This document shows positions 28,045 to 37,645 of a DNA stretch of 62,102 nt, piece after piece (within the stretch, counting starts at the first letter, position 1; each line of letters opens with the position of its first letter). Under the pieces are notes generated by a model, which did no database searches, had not been told where the DNA came from, and saw only the letters and a program-made list of their open reading frames with translations. This DNA comes from Candidatus Ornithospirochaeta sp. (GTDB taxonomy: Bacteria > Spirochaetota > Spirochaetia > Sphaerochaetales > Sphaerochaetaceae). The stretch covers positions 1-62,102 of the forward strand of contig JAXFQZ010000179.1 in assembly GCA_034178685.1 (NCBI GenBank), read 5' to 3'. The position numbers were made by a program, and so were the translations under genes.

Positions 28045-28314
28045 CAAATCTGAATGCGTGCATATATACAATAAAACAACCAACAATTAAACACTTACTG
28101 TTATAATATATATGATTATATTCATATTATTATGGTTTAATTATCAGTAATCATAGCAGAAATACACCATAAGGTGAAAAAACAACGGCAAAAACCGACC
28201 GTACTCTCGTTTCGTGCATATAACCGGAGATTATCCTTGCCTGTCTCCAGGCTATGTTTTTCTACAGCGCGGTAATACTAAGAATCACAATATCGGGATT
28301 ATGGCAATTATTAT

Positions 28315-28343
28315 TTGACTTGCTTCTTTTGATTATATACTAT
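28315..28343 (+). promoter_or_regulatory. Candidate promoter of rex (TTGACT with TATACT/TACTAT -10 at 15-17 nt spacing)
   Basis: Motifs read directly. They are located about 25-50 nt upstream of the rex ATG at 28368. Confidence 0.4.
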
Positions 28344-28367
28344 TGTTCACATAAACAGGAACATACC

Positions 28368-29012
28368 ATGAATAACGAGATGCTTATCAGAATCACAAGA
28401 TACTACAGATCCCTCAATAAGCTCAGGGCAATCGGGCTTGAGAAGGTATTCGCACATAACCTAGCAGATGCCGCAGGAGTCTCGGCCGCCATCGTGAGGA
28501 AGGACTTCTCGATGCTCGAGATACATGGGCAGAAAAGAGGCGGCTATGAGATCACTGACCTGATAGACAAGCTTGGATCGATCCTTGGCAAGGGAGAGCC
28601 TCAGAGCGTAATAGTGGTAGGATGCGGAAGAATAGGCAAGGCACTGATGCACTACTCGGGCTTCGAGCCTGATGGTATCAGGATGGTCGCAGGCTTCGAC
28701 TCCGATCCGATCGTGTACTCCGATGCATCCCACCCCGTGCCTGTGTACTCGCTCTCAAGGCTGGAGGAGATGGTGGAGGCGCTGAATGTTAAGGTAGCTA
28801 TCATCACAGTGCCTGAGTCAGCGGCAGCCGACTGCTATCAGAGGCTTCTGGATGCAGGAATCAGGGGAATACTCAACTTCTCCCCTATCACGCTGAAGCC
28901 ACAGATGTCCGCAGACGGCGTGATGCCCGTAGTGCATAACATCAACATCGCCCTGGAGCTTGAGCAGATATTCTACGAGCTCCAGTTTCCTCTGGGGAAA
29001 GGCAGGGCATGA
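28368..29012 (+). CDS. rex: Redox-sensing transcriptional repressor Rex
   Basis: 214 aa from ATG 28368. Winged-helix N-terminus (RITRYYRSLNKLRAIG...ADAAGVSAAIVRKDFS) and Rossmann motif VVGCGRIGKAL. The ORF-track start at 28254 adds an implausible hydrophobic leader inside the promoter region. Confidence 0.9.
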   Translation: MNNEMLIRITRYYRSLNKLRAIGLEKVFAHNLADAAGVSAAIVRKDFSMLEIHGQKRGGYEITDLIDKLGSILGKGEPQSVIVVGCGRIGKALMHYSGFEPDGIRMVAGFDSDPIVYSDASHPVPVYSLSRLEEMVEALNVKVAIITVPESAAADCYQRLLDAGIRGILNFSPITLKPQMSADGVMPVVHNINIALELEQIFYELQFPLGKGRA

Positions 29013-29070
29013 GAAGCGGCAGCTCCTCACGCACATTCTTTCTTTCCATAACCGCTGCATTCAAGAAGAA

Positions 29071-29108
29071 AACCCCGCAAGCTGGATTTCTTTCCGGCTT
29101 CCGGGGTT
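29071..29108. terminator. Hairpin terminator between convergent rex and ftsH
   Basis: AACCCCGCAAGCTGGA-TTTCTT-TCCGGCTTCCGGGGTT (2 mismatches). It is flanked by an A-run upstream, which is a T-run for the minus-strand ftsH transcript. Confidence 0.6.
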
Positions 29109-29134
29109 CTCCTTATTACGAATGGCATCAGCCA

Positions 29135-30949
29135 TCATGATCTGAGGATGTCCATGAACTCCTCTCCTGTGATTGTCTCCTTCTGATAGAGGAACGATGC
29201 CAGCTGATCGAGCTTTGCCCTGTTCTCTGTCAGGATCCTGATCGCCTTCGCATGCTGTGTCTTCACAATATCAACGACCTTCTTATCAACCAAGGCCTGG
29301 GTATCAGCGGAGCATGCAAGGGAGGAATCCCCTCCAAGGTACTGGTTCGATACAGTCTCAAGGGCGACCATGTCGAAATCCTCGCTCATTCCATACTGCG
29401 TGATCATTGCCCTTGCAAGCTTGGTTGCCTGCTCGATATCATTCGAGGCACCCGTGCTTATAGATCCGTAGACAACCTCCTCCGCGGCTCTTCCGCCTGT
29501 GAGCGTTGCGATCTTGTTCTCGATCTCGGTCTTGGTCATCAGGTAGTGGTTGCCTTCATCGACCTGCATAGTGTATCCGAGTGCGCCGGAAGTACGTGGT
29601 ATGATCGTAATCTTCTGGACAGGAGCAGAGTCCGTCTGCTTTGCTGCGACAAGGGCGTGGCCGATCTCATGGTATGCAACAGTCCATTTCTCCTTGTCGG
29701 TCAGGATAGCGTTCTTCTTCTGGTAGCCTGCGATCACGACCTCGATGGATTCCTCCATATCGACCTCGCTGGCCTTGCTTCTTCCATCCCTGATTGCCCT
29801 GAGCGCGGCTTCATTGACTATATTGGCAAGCTCAGCGCCTGATGCTCCTGCAGCCATCCTCGCTATCTTCTGGTAATCGATTCCATCCTCTGTCTTGATC
29901 CTCTGGGCATGCACGCGCAGGATAGCCTCCCTTCCCTGGAGATCGGGAAGCTCAACAGGAACCCTCCTGTCAAAGCGTCCAGGCCTCGTAAGAGCCGGAT
30001 CGAGGGACTCAGGCCTGTTGGTAGCAGCAAGGATGATGACGCCTGTGTTGCCTTCAAAGCCATCCATCTCTGTCAGAAGCTGGTTGAGAGTCTGCTCACG
30101 CTCATCGTTTCCTCCGAAATTCCCATCCCTCTTCTTGCCGATGGCATCGATCTCATCGATGAAGACGATGCATGGGGCCTTCTCCTTCGCCTGCTTGAAG
30201 AGATCCCTTACCTTCGAAGCACCCATTCCGACGAACATCTCGACGAACTCAGAGCCTGAGATAGAGAAGAAAGGCACGTTCGCTTCTCCAGCTACAGCCT
30301 TGGCAAGCATGGTCTTTCCTGTTCCTGGAGGGCCTACAAGGAGGATACCCTTTGGCATTGATGCGCCGATCTCCTTGTACTTGGTAGGATCGTGGAGGTA
30401 CTCGACTATCTCCTTGAGATTGTCCTTTGCCTCATCCTCTCCTGCCACATCGCTGAACTTTATGCCGTCCGAGGACTTTACGTATATCCTGGCCTCCGAC
30501 TTGCCCATTCCGAACATCATCGAATTGCTTCCGCCGCCCATCCTGTTCATCATCTTCCTTGTAAGAATCTGACCTAGCAGTATGAATATGACGATAGGCA
30601 CAACCCATCCGAAGAGGAAGTTCATGAAAGGAGAGCTCTCCTCTATGATCTGGCTTGAGAACACGGCTCCTGATGCATGGAGCCTATCGACAAGGCCCGG
30701 GTCGTTCATGAGACCTGTCTTGTACACCATCGTTCCTTCCTTGTTCGTGAAGACGATCTGGTTGGACTGAATCTGCACCATTCCGATCTCACCTTTATCG
30801 GTCATGCTCATGAAAGTCCCGTAATCGACTTCGACAACACGCCTCTCCGCAATGGACGGAACGAGAAGGAAATTGAGGAGCATAAGCACAATCAGTACGA
30901 TGAAATAATAGAAAAGCAACGGCTTCTTAGGGGTCTTTACCTCATTCAT
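29135..30949 (-). CDS. ftsH: ATP-dependent zinc metalloprotease FtsH
   Basis: 604 aa. Two N-terminal TM helices, AAA+ Walker A GPPGTGKT, Walker [32 protein letters not shown], and zinc motif HEIGHA. Confidence 0.95.
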   Translation of the reverse strand: MNEVKTPKKPLLFYYFIVLIVLMLLNFLLVPSIAERRVVEVDYGTFMSMTDKGEIGMVQIQSNQIVFTNKEGTMVYKTGLMNDPGLVDRLHASGAVFSSQIIEESSPFMNFLFGWVVPIVIFILLGQILTRKMMNRMGGGSNSMMFGMGKSEARIYVKSSDGIKFSDVAGEDEAKDNLKEIVEYLHDPTKYKEIGASMPKGILLVGPPGTGKTMLAKAVAGEANVPFFSISGSEFVEMFVGMGASKVRDLFKQAKEKAPCIVFIDEIDAIGKKRDGNFGGNDEREQTLNQLLTEMDGFEGNTGVIILAATNRPESLDPALTRPGRFDRRVPVELPDLQGREAILRVHAQRIKTEDGIDYQKIARMAAGASGAELANIVNEAALRAIRDGRSKASEVDMEESIEVVIAGYQKKNAILTDKEKWTVAYHEIGHALVAAKQTDSAPVQKITIIPRTSGALGYTMQVDEGNHYLMTKTEIENKIATLTGGRAAEEVVYGSISTGASNDIEQATKLARAMITQYGMSEDFDMVALETVSNQYLGGDSSLACSADTQALVDKKVVDIVKTQHAKAIRILTENRAKLDQLASFLYQKETITGEEFMDILRS

Positions 30950-31013
30950 TTCATACCTCCCGCAAAATAACCACTAATGAATAATCAGAGAAGCGGACAA
31001 AGTCAAATGCGGA

Positions 31014-31748
31014 TCAGAGATTTCTTATCCAGGAGAAGAGATACTGCTGCGAAAGCGCCTGATAAGGAGCGAAATACGATGGGTCCTTGTCAGGATAGTA
31101 CTCTGCCATCACCTTCTTCATCCACACATCCAGAGGAAATCCCTCCTTTCGGGCAAAGCCGAAGATGAGGATGCATGATGCTACCTTAGGCCCTATTCCC
31201 TTTATCTCCTGCAGTGCCTCGAATGCGTCATCGAAGGACAGGGACTGGATGGAGTCGAGTATGGAGTGCTTTCTTACGGCATCTATTATGAATGGTGCCC
31301 TGAAGCCCGTGCCGAGGGCCCTCAGCTCCTCCTCTGTTGCACGCGAGAGCTCATCAGGGTCCGGGAATGACCAGTAGCCCTTCTCGACCTCATGGCCATA
31401 TGAGCGGGAAAGCCTGTCATAGAGGCCCTTTATCCTCTTGATGTTGTTGTTCTGGGAGAGAATGAACGAGATGGTGGCGATCCATCCATCCTGGTTGAGG
31501 ATCCTGATCAGCCCGTTCTCCTCTGTCGCTCTTCTGAGGACAGGGTCCTTCTTCCCTATCTCCTGCCTTGCCTTCTCCCAGTCATAGTCCAGAGCCATGT
31601 AGTGGTAGAGGAATGGATCGTCCTCTGCATCCTCGATTCCCCTTATCCTGTATACCTTGTCATTGAGGACTGCCGAGAATAGGCCATCCTCTTCCTGCCA
31701 GCTGAATGACTGCCCGCCAAGGAGCGTTTCCCTTAGATTCTCTTCCAT
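31014..31748 (-). CDS. ogg: 8-oxoguanine DNA glycosylase/AP lyase (Ogg-type HhH-GPD)
   Basis: 244 aa. HhH-GPD motif LQEIKGIGPKVASCILIFGF with the catalytic Lys, followed by FPLDVWM with the catalytic Asp, as in Ogg1-like enzymes. Confidence 0.8.
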   Translation of the reverse strand: MEENLRETLLGGQSFSWQEEDGLFSAVLNDKVYRIRGIEDAEDDPFLYHYMALDYDWEKARQEIGKKDPVLRRATEENGLIRILNQDGWIATISFILSQNNNIKRIKGLYDRLSRSYGHEVEKGYWSFPDPDELSRATEEELRALGTGFRAPFIIDAVRKHSILDSIQSLSFDDAFEALQEIKGIGPKVASCILIFGFARKEGFPLDVWMKKVMAEYYPDKDPSYFAPYQALSQQYLFSWIRNL

Positions 31749-31751
31749 ACC

Positions 31752-32672
31752 CTATTTATATTCCAAAACGGCTTTGATTGCAAAGTGATCGGAATACCCG
31801 ATTCCAGTCCTCACGCTGTATGCACGGGGCCTTGAAAGCGTATCCTTCGCCTCCTCGGGATCTATCACGCAGCCATATGCAAGCTCCATCCCGGCCCCGT
31901 CGAAGAGGCTCCTGCCTGCAAGTATGTTATCGAGGAAGGACCACTGGCCCTCATAGCAGTACGTGCCCTTCCCCAGATCGAGCTCCCAGTCAAGAGACAG
32001 CGCGTAGTACACAGAGCCGCTTACCTGCCCCTGGTCTCCTGTGACAGGGAATGCGGATCCAGGGCTCTTTGACAGGGCATCCTCCCCGCTTTCCGGATCG
32101 GTGTTGAAGTCCCCTGCCACGATGACAGCGCCCTCGCATAGGGAAGCAAGGGAATGCACGTACTCCATCATCGCCCTTCTCTCCTCCTCGCCCCCTCCTA
32201 TCCTGCTCTTGGCATGGAGAGCGAAGACTGTCAGCAATTCACCGTTCACAATGAACTCGAGCTTCAGGATGCACCGCCCCGACTGAGGCGAGTGGATCGT
32301 TACCGAGGATGGCCTGATCCTGCTTATGAAGCCTACTGCGAGCGGCCTGTCATCGGCTATGCCGTAATAGCGGTACCCTCTCTTCCTCAGCCCTGCCTCA
32401 AGCAGGTCCACAAGCACAAGACTGTTCTCGACCTCCTCGAGTATGATGATATCCGCATCGATATACCTAGATAGGAACCGGGAGTAGGAATCGATGCGCT
32501 TGCCATAGCGGATCTCATTGTAGCCATCAGAGTACCTGAAGCCCTCATACTCATAGCCATCGTCCCTGGAATCGAAGAAGGCATAGCAGTTGTAGCTTGC
32601 TATCGAGATGCTTCTTCCTTCCTGGGTGCAGGAGCAAAGAAAAAGGGATATGACGATGATTATCCACCTCAT
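31752..32672 (-). CDS. Endonuclease/exonuclease/phosphatase (EEP) family lipoprotein
   Basis: Start ATG 32672 gives MRWIIIVISLFLCSC (lipobox). EEP motifs ASYNCYAFF, IIILEEVEN, GDFNTDP and SDHFAI. Confidence 0.75.
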   Translation of the reverse strand: MRWIIIVISLFLCSCTQEGRSISIASYNCYAFFDSRDDGYEYEGFRYSDGYNEIRYGKRIDSYSRFLSRYIDADIIILEEVENSLVLVDLLEAGLRKRGYRYYGIADDRPLAVGFISRIRPSSVTIHSPQSGRCILKLEFIVNGELLTVFALHAKSRIGGGEEERRAMMEYVHSLASLCEGAVIVAGDFNTDPESGEDALSKSPGSAFPVTGDQGQVSGSVYYALSLDWELDLGKGTYCYEGQWSFLDNILAGRSLFDGAGMELAYGCVIDPEEAKDTLSRPRAYSVRTGIGYSDHFAIKAVLEYK

Positions 32673-32703
32673 ATCCCTTATACAGCAAAACACTCTGAAA
32701 ATG

Positions 32704-33273
32704 TCAGATTTCGCTTATGCTTGATACGATTCTCGATAGCATTCCGTACTCGCGCGCTTCCTCTGCGCTCATCCAGCAGTCGCGCTCGGTATCCTTCTCG
32801 ACCTTTGCTATATCCTGTCCTGTAGCCTCTGCAATAACCCTATCCAGCTTATGCCTGAGCTCCTCGATCTTGCCTGCATAGATCTCGACATCCACAGCAA
32901 CGCCACTCATCTTAGAAAGAGGCTGATGGATCAGGTATGTCGAATCAGGGAGAGCAAGCCTTCTCTCAGCTGGCACTGAGAGGAATATGAGGGCTGCAGC
33001 CGATGCCACAAGGCCCATTCCGATGACTGTGACAGGGGAATTGACGAATCTGATCATGTCATAGATCGCAAAGCCTGCGTCCACATCGCCTCCCGGGCTG
33101 TTGATATACACATGTATCGCATCGGATGACTCGTAGTCGAGGGAGAGGATCTCGCGGGCGAACTGATCTGCCTTATCCTTATCGATCTCGCCGGAGATGA
33201 AGAGCGTCCTCTTCTTCAGGAGCTTCTCATTGAGGCCTGGATCGGGCCTGTATTCTTTCTTCTGTTCTTCCAT
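32704..33273 (-). CDS. clpP: ATP-dependent Clp protease proteolytic subunit (ClpP family), stand-alone
   Basis: INSPGGDV, GLVASAAA (Ser), YLIHQP (His) and ERDCWMSAEEA (Asp), so the catalytic triad is retained. ATG 33273 is preferred. The ORF-track start at 33321 is a TTG that would overlap the divergent era start. Confidence 0.85.
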   Translation of the reverse strand: MEEQKKEYRPDPGLNEKLLKKRTLFISGEIDKDKADQFAREILSLDYESSDAIHVYINSPGGDVDAGFAIYDMIRFVNSPVTVIGMGLVASAAALIFLSVPAERRLALPDSTYLIHQPLSKMSGVAVDVEIYAGKIEELRHKLDRVIAEATGQDIAKVEKDTERDCWMSAEEAREYGMLSRIVSSISEI

Positions 33274-33312
33274 GCCTTTCAATATATCGAATAAAGGGAC
33301 GGGAGGCAATGA

Positions 33313-34236
33313 TTGAAGCAAAGAGCCTTGATATATATAATCAGACAGATGAAGTCAGCAACAGTATCCGTAATAGGCCGTCCTTCGGCAGGAAAGTCAA
33401 CATTGATCAACACGATCTGCGAGATGAAGGTATCAATCACATCCCCGACTCCTCAGACAACCAGGACCAGGATCAGGGGTATATATACAGACCAGAGGGG
33501 ACAGCTTGTCTTCACGGATACCCCGGGCTACCACCTGTCTGATAAGGAAATCAACAGGAGGATGCAGGAGATCACTGTCTCATCCCTATCCGAATCCGAT
33601 ATCATCCTGTACATCATAGACGGCACAAGGACAGCGAAGAAGGAAGAGGAGGCCATCGCATCCCTTATAAGGAAAGCAAAGGTCCCTGCTGTCATCTGCA
33701 TCAACAAGGACGACATCCTGACAAAGGAGAACAGGGAGGATGCGCTCTTCTTCGCCAAGGAGAACTTCCCGGAAAGCCCTGTGCTCTTCTCATCCGCCTC
33801 AGAGGACCAGGGCGTTGATGAGATACTCATCGAGCTCTACAGGCTTGCCCCGGAGGGCGAGATGATGTACGACGAGAGCCAGTACACGGACCAGGACCTG
33901 GAGTTAAGGATCTCTGAGATCATAAGGGAGAAGACCATCAACCTCCTTTCAGATGAGCTTCCGTATGCTGTATTCGTCGAGGTATCGGACCTCGAGTACA
34001 GCGAGGAGGAGAAATCGGTATGGATCCGCGCCTTCATAAACGTCGAAAGGGAAGGCCAGAAGGGAATAATAGTCGGAAAGGGCGGAGAGAACATCAAGAG
34101 AATACGCCAGCAGTCCTTCAAGGAGATAAAGAGGATATTCCCAGGCTCCAGGCTCGAGCTTGACCTCAGGGTCAAGGCACAGCCAAAGTGGAGGAACAAC
34201 CAGGTGATACTGGATAGGATCTTCAGGAAGAACTGA
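33313..34236 (+). CDS. era: GTPase Era
   Basis: TTG start at 33313 with SD GGGAGG 6 nt upstream. G1 GRPSAGKST, G3 DTPG, G4 NKDD, and a C-terminal KH domain (VGKGGENIKRI). Confidence 0.93.
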   Translation: MKQRALIYIIRQMKSATVSVIGRPSAGKSTLINTICEMKVSITSPTPQTTRTRIRGIYTDQRGQLVFTDTPGYHLSDKEINRRMQEITVSSLSESDIILYIIDGTRTAKKEEEAIASLIRKAKVPAVICINKDDILTKENREDALFFAKENFPESPVLFSSASEDQGVDEILIELYRLAPEGEMMYDESQYTDQDLELRISEIIREKTINLLSDELPYAVFVEVSDLEYSEEEKSVWIRAFINVEREGQKGIIVGKGGENIKRIRQQSFKEIKRIFPGSRLELDLRVKAQPKWRNNQVILDRIFRKN

Positions 34237-34243
34237 GATAGAA

Positions 34244-34269
34244 ACACCGCCTCGGGTCCCGGGCGGTGT
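34244..34269. terminator. Hairpin between convergent era and flavoprotein genes
   Basis: ACACCGCC-TCGGGTCCCG-GGCGGTGT, a perfect 8-bp GC-rich stem in the 40-nt gap. Confidence 0.6.
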
Positions 34270-34276
34270 CCTTATC

Positions 34277-34834
34277 CTATCTGATGAAGTTCGTCCTCAC
34301 CCTCTCCTCTTTCTCAGGGAAAGGGATGCCTGCCTTCTCAATGCATCTGATCAGGTATGCCATGTTCTCACCCAGGAGACGCATCGTCTGCATTCCCTCT
34401 AGGTCCTTCCTGACCTCATCCGGCGTATTGCCATGGACCTGGTTCCAGTAATTCGAGGAAACAACCGGCATCTCTGAGATCGTGAAGTACTTGTTGATCT
34501 GCTCGAAGGTGGAGGATGCACCTCCCCTCCTGCATGATACGACAGCAGCGCCTGGCTTGAACCTTACCTTTCCCGAGATCCTGTTGAAAAGCTCATCGAA
34601 GAACCATGTTGCAAGGCCTGAAGCAGATGCATAATACACAGGGGATCCAAGGACAAGGCCATCTGCGGCTATTACCTTCTCAGCAGCCCTGTCAGCATCC
34701 TCCTTGACGAGCGTTGCCTGTATGATCTCAGTCTCTATCCCAGCCTTTCCAAGGGTGGATGCGACCTCGCTGAGCGCTGTGAATGTGCAGCCCTCGGCCC
34801 TTGGGGAGCCATTGATCAGTATGACCTTTGCCAT
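34277..34834 (-). CDS. Flavodoxin-like fold NAD(P)H-dependent FMN reductase family protein
   Basis: 185 aa. MAKVILINGSPRAEGCTFTAL ... GLVLGSPVYYASASG is the typical FMN-binding pattern. Confidence 0.75.
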   Translation of the reverse strand: MAKVILINGSPRAEGCTFTALSEVASTLGKAGIETEIIQATLVKEDADRAAEKVIAADGLVLGSPVYYASASGLATWFFDELFNRISGKVRFKPGAAVVSCRRGGASSTFEQINKYFTISEMPVVSSNYWNQVHGNTPDEVRKDLEGMQTMRLLGENMAYLIRCIEKAGIPFPEKEERVRTNFIR

Positions 34835-34835
34835 A

Positions 34836-36422
34836 TCAGTACCTCCTCAGGATAGGCAGGATGTTCTCGCTTCCGCATGCCTTTACGAAGCCTGCGAGCT
34901 TAGGTCCCTTCTCCTTTCCGATCAGCACCTCGTAGATGACGCGGAAGAAATCAGCGTTCTCGATTCCGTTGTCGCCAGCTGCCTTGTAGATGTATTCCGA
35001 GAACTCCTTCTCCGTAGAGGAATCGAGGTGGGCCTCGACATATCCAGCGAAGTCCCTGATCGCATTCCTCTCCGCATCGCTTACCTGATAAAGCTCATCG
35101 CTATCCGTCCTAAGGGAGAACCTGAACTCCTCAGGAGCATACTTCCCAAGCCAGTTGCGTGCGCATACAAGCCTTGTCCTGAGCCTCTCCTTCTGGCTTT
35201 CGGTTGCATCGCTGAGCCTCGAGAGGACCTTCTCGATATCACCGGAATAGATCTGGAGGTAATTGCAGATATGCCTGAACGGGATCTGGTAGCCAGGCTC
35301 GGAAGGTATATTATTCCCGTCGACCTGGGAAAGCTCGTAGATCCTCTTCTCCTTCTCCTTCCTCTTCTCGTTGACAGGAAGGATGCCGAAGTAGATTCTC
35401 TCGCAGTTGTCGTAATCCTCATAGATCTTGAGGACATCGAGATCGAATGAGATAGCGAACTCGCTTGAAGGCCTTGTGCCTACGAAGAGATACCTCACGA
35501 TCTCAGGCGGGTAGACCTCAAGGACATCATACAGATCGGCAACCTCTCCGCCCGAAGACGAGATCTTCCCTCCCATGCCCTTGAGCTTGATGAAGTCATA
35601 CCTCATCGATACAGGAGCCTCGCCTCCGAACACCTTCACGACGTTCTTGGAAGTATCGTAGGAACCTCCCTCAGTGAGGTGGTCCTTTCCACCCGGTTCG
35701 AAGTCGACGCCTTCCCTGGCCCATCTCATCGGCCAGTCGATCCTCCATGGGAGCTTTGTATTGGGCGTTGTCCTTATATCTATGGTCTCGCTCCTATCGA
35801 GCTCATCATCATGGTATGTGAGCATGTAGCCGCCATCCCAGCCTGTGACTGTCGTCGTATCCTTGTTGGTGAATGATGAGAATACCGATACAGGCCACCA
35901 TGACTCAGGAAGAGGCTCAGTGCGGTACTCATTGAGCATTGCCCTGATCTCATCGCGCTTCTCGAGAGCAGTCCTGATGCCCTCTGCGTACATATTGCTT
36001 CTGTATCTCTCAGCCTGATACAGATATTCAGGGAATACACCTACAGCAGGGAGGATCCTCTCCACAGCCACCTCGTTAGCCCTCGCGTAGTTCTCGGCCC
36101 TGCCGGTCGTATCGGGGACCATCGTGATAGGGAAGCGGAGATAGCCAGCAAGACGCTCTGGATCCGGCATATTCTTAGGAACCTTCCTGAATACATCGTA
36201 GTCATCCCAGCTGTATATGAACCTTACGTTCTTTCCCTTCTCCCTGAGGGCCCTCACGACAAGGTCCACTGTGATGATCTCACGGAAGTTGCCGATGTGG
36301 ACAGTTCCTGATGGCGTGATTCCTGAAGCGCATGTATACAATTCCTTATCACCCTTCTCGCGGATGATCTTATCTGCCATTATGTCAGCCCAGTGGGCAT
36401 TCTGATTTGGATTCTCACTCAT
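34836..36422 (-). CDS. lysK: Class I lysyl-tRNA synthetase
   Basis: 528 aa. Class I HIGH-type motif TPSGTVHIGNFRE and a KMSKS-like loop (GGKISSSGG). The overall length and pattern match archaeal/spirochaetal-type LysRS rather than the class II enzyme. Confidence 0.9.
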   Translation of the reverse strand: MSENPNQNAHWADIMADKIIREKGDKELYTCASGITPSGTVHIGNFREIITVDLVVRALREKGKNVRFIYSWDDYDVFRKVPKNMPDPERLAGYLRFPITMVPDTTGRAENYARANEVAVERILPAVGVFPEYLYQAERYRSNMYAEGIRTALEKRDEIRAMLNEYRTEPLPESWWPVSVFSSFTNKDTTTVTGWDGGYMLTYHDDELDRSETIDIRTTPNTKLPWRIDWPMRWAREGVDFEPGGKDHLTEGGSYDTSKNVVKVFGGEAPVSMRYDFIKLKGMGGKISSSGGEVADLYDVLEVYPPEIVRYLFVGTRPSSEFAISFDLDVLKIYEDYDNCERIYFGILPVNEKRKEKEKRIYELSQVDGNNIPSEPGYQIPFRHICNYLQIYSGDIEKVLSRLSDATESQKERLRTRLVCARNWLGKYAPEEFRFSLRTDSDELYQVSDAERNAIRDFAGYVEAHLDSSTEKEFSEYIYKAAGDNGIENADFFRVIYEVLIGKEKGPKLAGFVKACGSENILPILRRY

Positions 36423-36503
36423 GTTAATCGATTATGGCAAAGTGCATTGTTCTTTTCAACTGCTAGGTGGATTTTTTCGTCCTTGATGGTTATACTCTCA
36501 GCT

Positions 36504-37109
36504 ATGAAGCGCTTCTCAGCCTTAACACTTGCAGTATTGGCAATTATATCACTTCCGCTATCAGCGGCAAATGTATGCTGGTATACCTCCACGGAGCCCT
36601 ATCAGATGATGGCGGACGGGTCCCTGTTCTCCGATTCAGGGCTCACCGGAGCCAGCAGCGTGATACCTCTTGACAGCATCGTGGAGATCAGGAACAAGGA
36701 GAACGGAAGGACATCCATAATAACAATCAGGGACACGATGCCCGAGATGCCCTCAGGCAGGGTGCTTGCGGTCACTTCAGAGAGCGCATCCGAGCTTGGC
36801 ATGCAGTCATCCCTGATCGATGCCGATATCAGGATCATCCAGGAAGGGATCAATGAGGAAAAGGCTCACGATGAGGATACTGGCTGGTACTCATTCGACC
36901 TTGGATCCTATGATGCGGCAACATGCTTCCTGTACTATTCGCGCCTTATCAAGAACGGGCTCAAGCCTGCTATCACGGAAGAGGAAGGAAGCCTGAGGCT
37001 TGAGGTGAAGTACATAAGGAAATTCGAGATCGACCCGGTAAAGAGGAAGATTGCTCTTGCAGGAATACAGTCACCGGAGGAGAGGGCAGAGAGGAATCCT
37101 ATTCTCTGA
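36504..37109 (+). CDS. RlpA-like double-psi beta-barrel protein with C-terminal SPOR-like domain
   Basis: Signal peptide MKRFSALTLAVLAIISLPLSA. DPBB-like core (GASSVIPLDSIVEIRNKENGRTSIITIRDTMP...GRVLAVTSESASELG). The C-terminal about 70 aa have SPOR-like patterning. The start is uncertain, with an alternative ATG at 36486. Confidence 0.6.
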   Translation: MKRFSALTLAVLAIISLPLSAANVCWYTSTEPYQMMADGSLFSDSGLTGASSVIPLDSIVEIRNKENGRTSIITIRDTMPEMPSGRVLAVTSESASELGMQSSLIDADIRIIQEGINEEKAHDEDTGWYSFDLGSYDAATCFLYYSRLIKNGLKPAITEEEGSLRLEVKYIRKFEIDPVKRKIALAGIQSPEERAERNPIL

Positions 37110-37114
37110 GGAGC

Positions 37115-37645
37115 ATGGAACGCTTAATTGACTCATTCTTCCCCATGAGGGGATGGCCTGTTGCAGCAATCGTAATACTGACGCAGTTCATCGCATCATA
37201 CCTTGTGAATCTTCTCCCATACAGCGCGCTCAGGGCAATATACCCATTCCTGAGACCTATGAGATGGGAAAGGAACGGACAGATATACCAGAGCCTGTTC
37301 CATATCAGAGCGTGGAAGGATTACATCCCGGCTGTAGGCCAGTTCGACAAGAAGAACATGAAAGCATCCCTTACCCCGCCATATGTCTCGCAGTACCTCC
37401 TGGAGGGAGCAAGGGCGGAGCTTTGCCATCTATATGCAGTGGTATTCGCGATAGTGCTGCTGTTCATGACAGTCGATTCGGCGCATATCAAGATAATGCT
37501 ATGGGCCTTCGCCCTTAATGCGCCATGCATAATGATACAGCGTTATAATCGCCCCAGGTTCGAGCGCTTCATGAAGAAGGACGAAAGAGGGGCGATCGCA
37601 TTCGCTGAGTTCTGGAAATCAGAAATCAAGGAAGAAGGTGAATGA
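37115..37645 (+). CDS. Small membrane protein resembling the glycosyl-4,4'-diaponeurosporenoate acyltransferase (CrtO-like) family
   Basis: 176 aa. TM helices plus ...EGARAELCHLYAV... and ...PCIMIQRYNRPRF..., which match my recollection of that family's E/H and QRYNR motifs. Assignment is from memory only. Confidence 0.45.
   Translation: MERLIDSFFPMRGWPVAAIVILTQFIASYLVNLLPYSALRAIYPFLRPMRWERNGQIYQSLFHIRAWKDYIPAVGQFDKKNMKASLTPPYVSQYLLEGARAELCHLYAVVFAIVLLFMTVDSAHIKIMLWAFALNAPCIMIQRYNRPRFERFMKKDERGAIAFAEFWKSEIKEEGE

Noticed and set aside
28343-28362. TGTTC-N10-GAACA palindrome just upstream of rex, considered as a Rex autoregulatory operator.
   Set aside because: The half-site sequence and spacing do not fit the TTGTGAA-N6-TTCACAA consensus. 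It also overlaps the likely SD region. It is kept only as a note within the intergenic-region finding.
32704-33273. The suspicion that the stand-alone ClpP paralogue might be catalytically dead.
   Set aside because: Ser (VASAAA), His (IHQP) and Asp (ERDCWMS) of the triad are all present at the expected positions.
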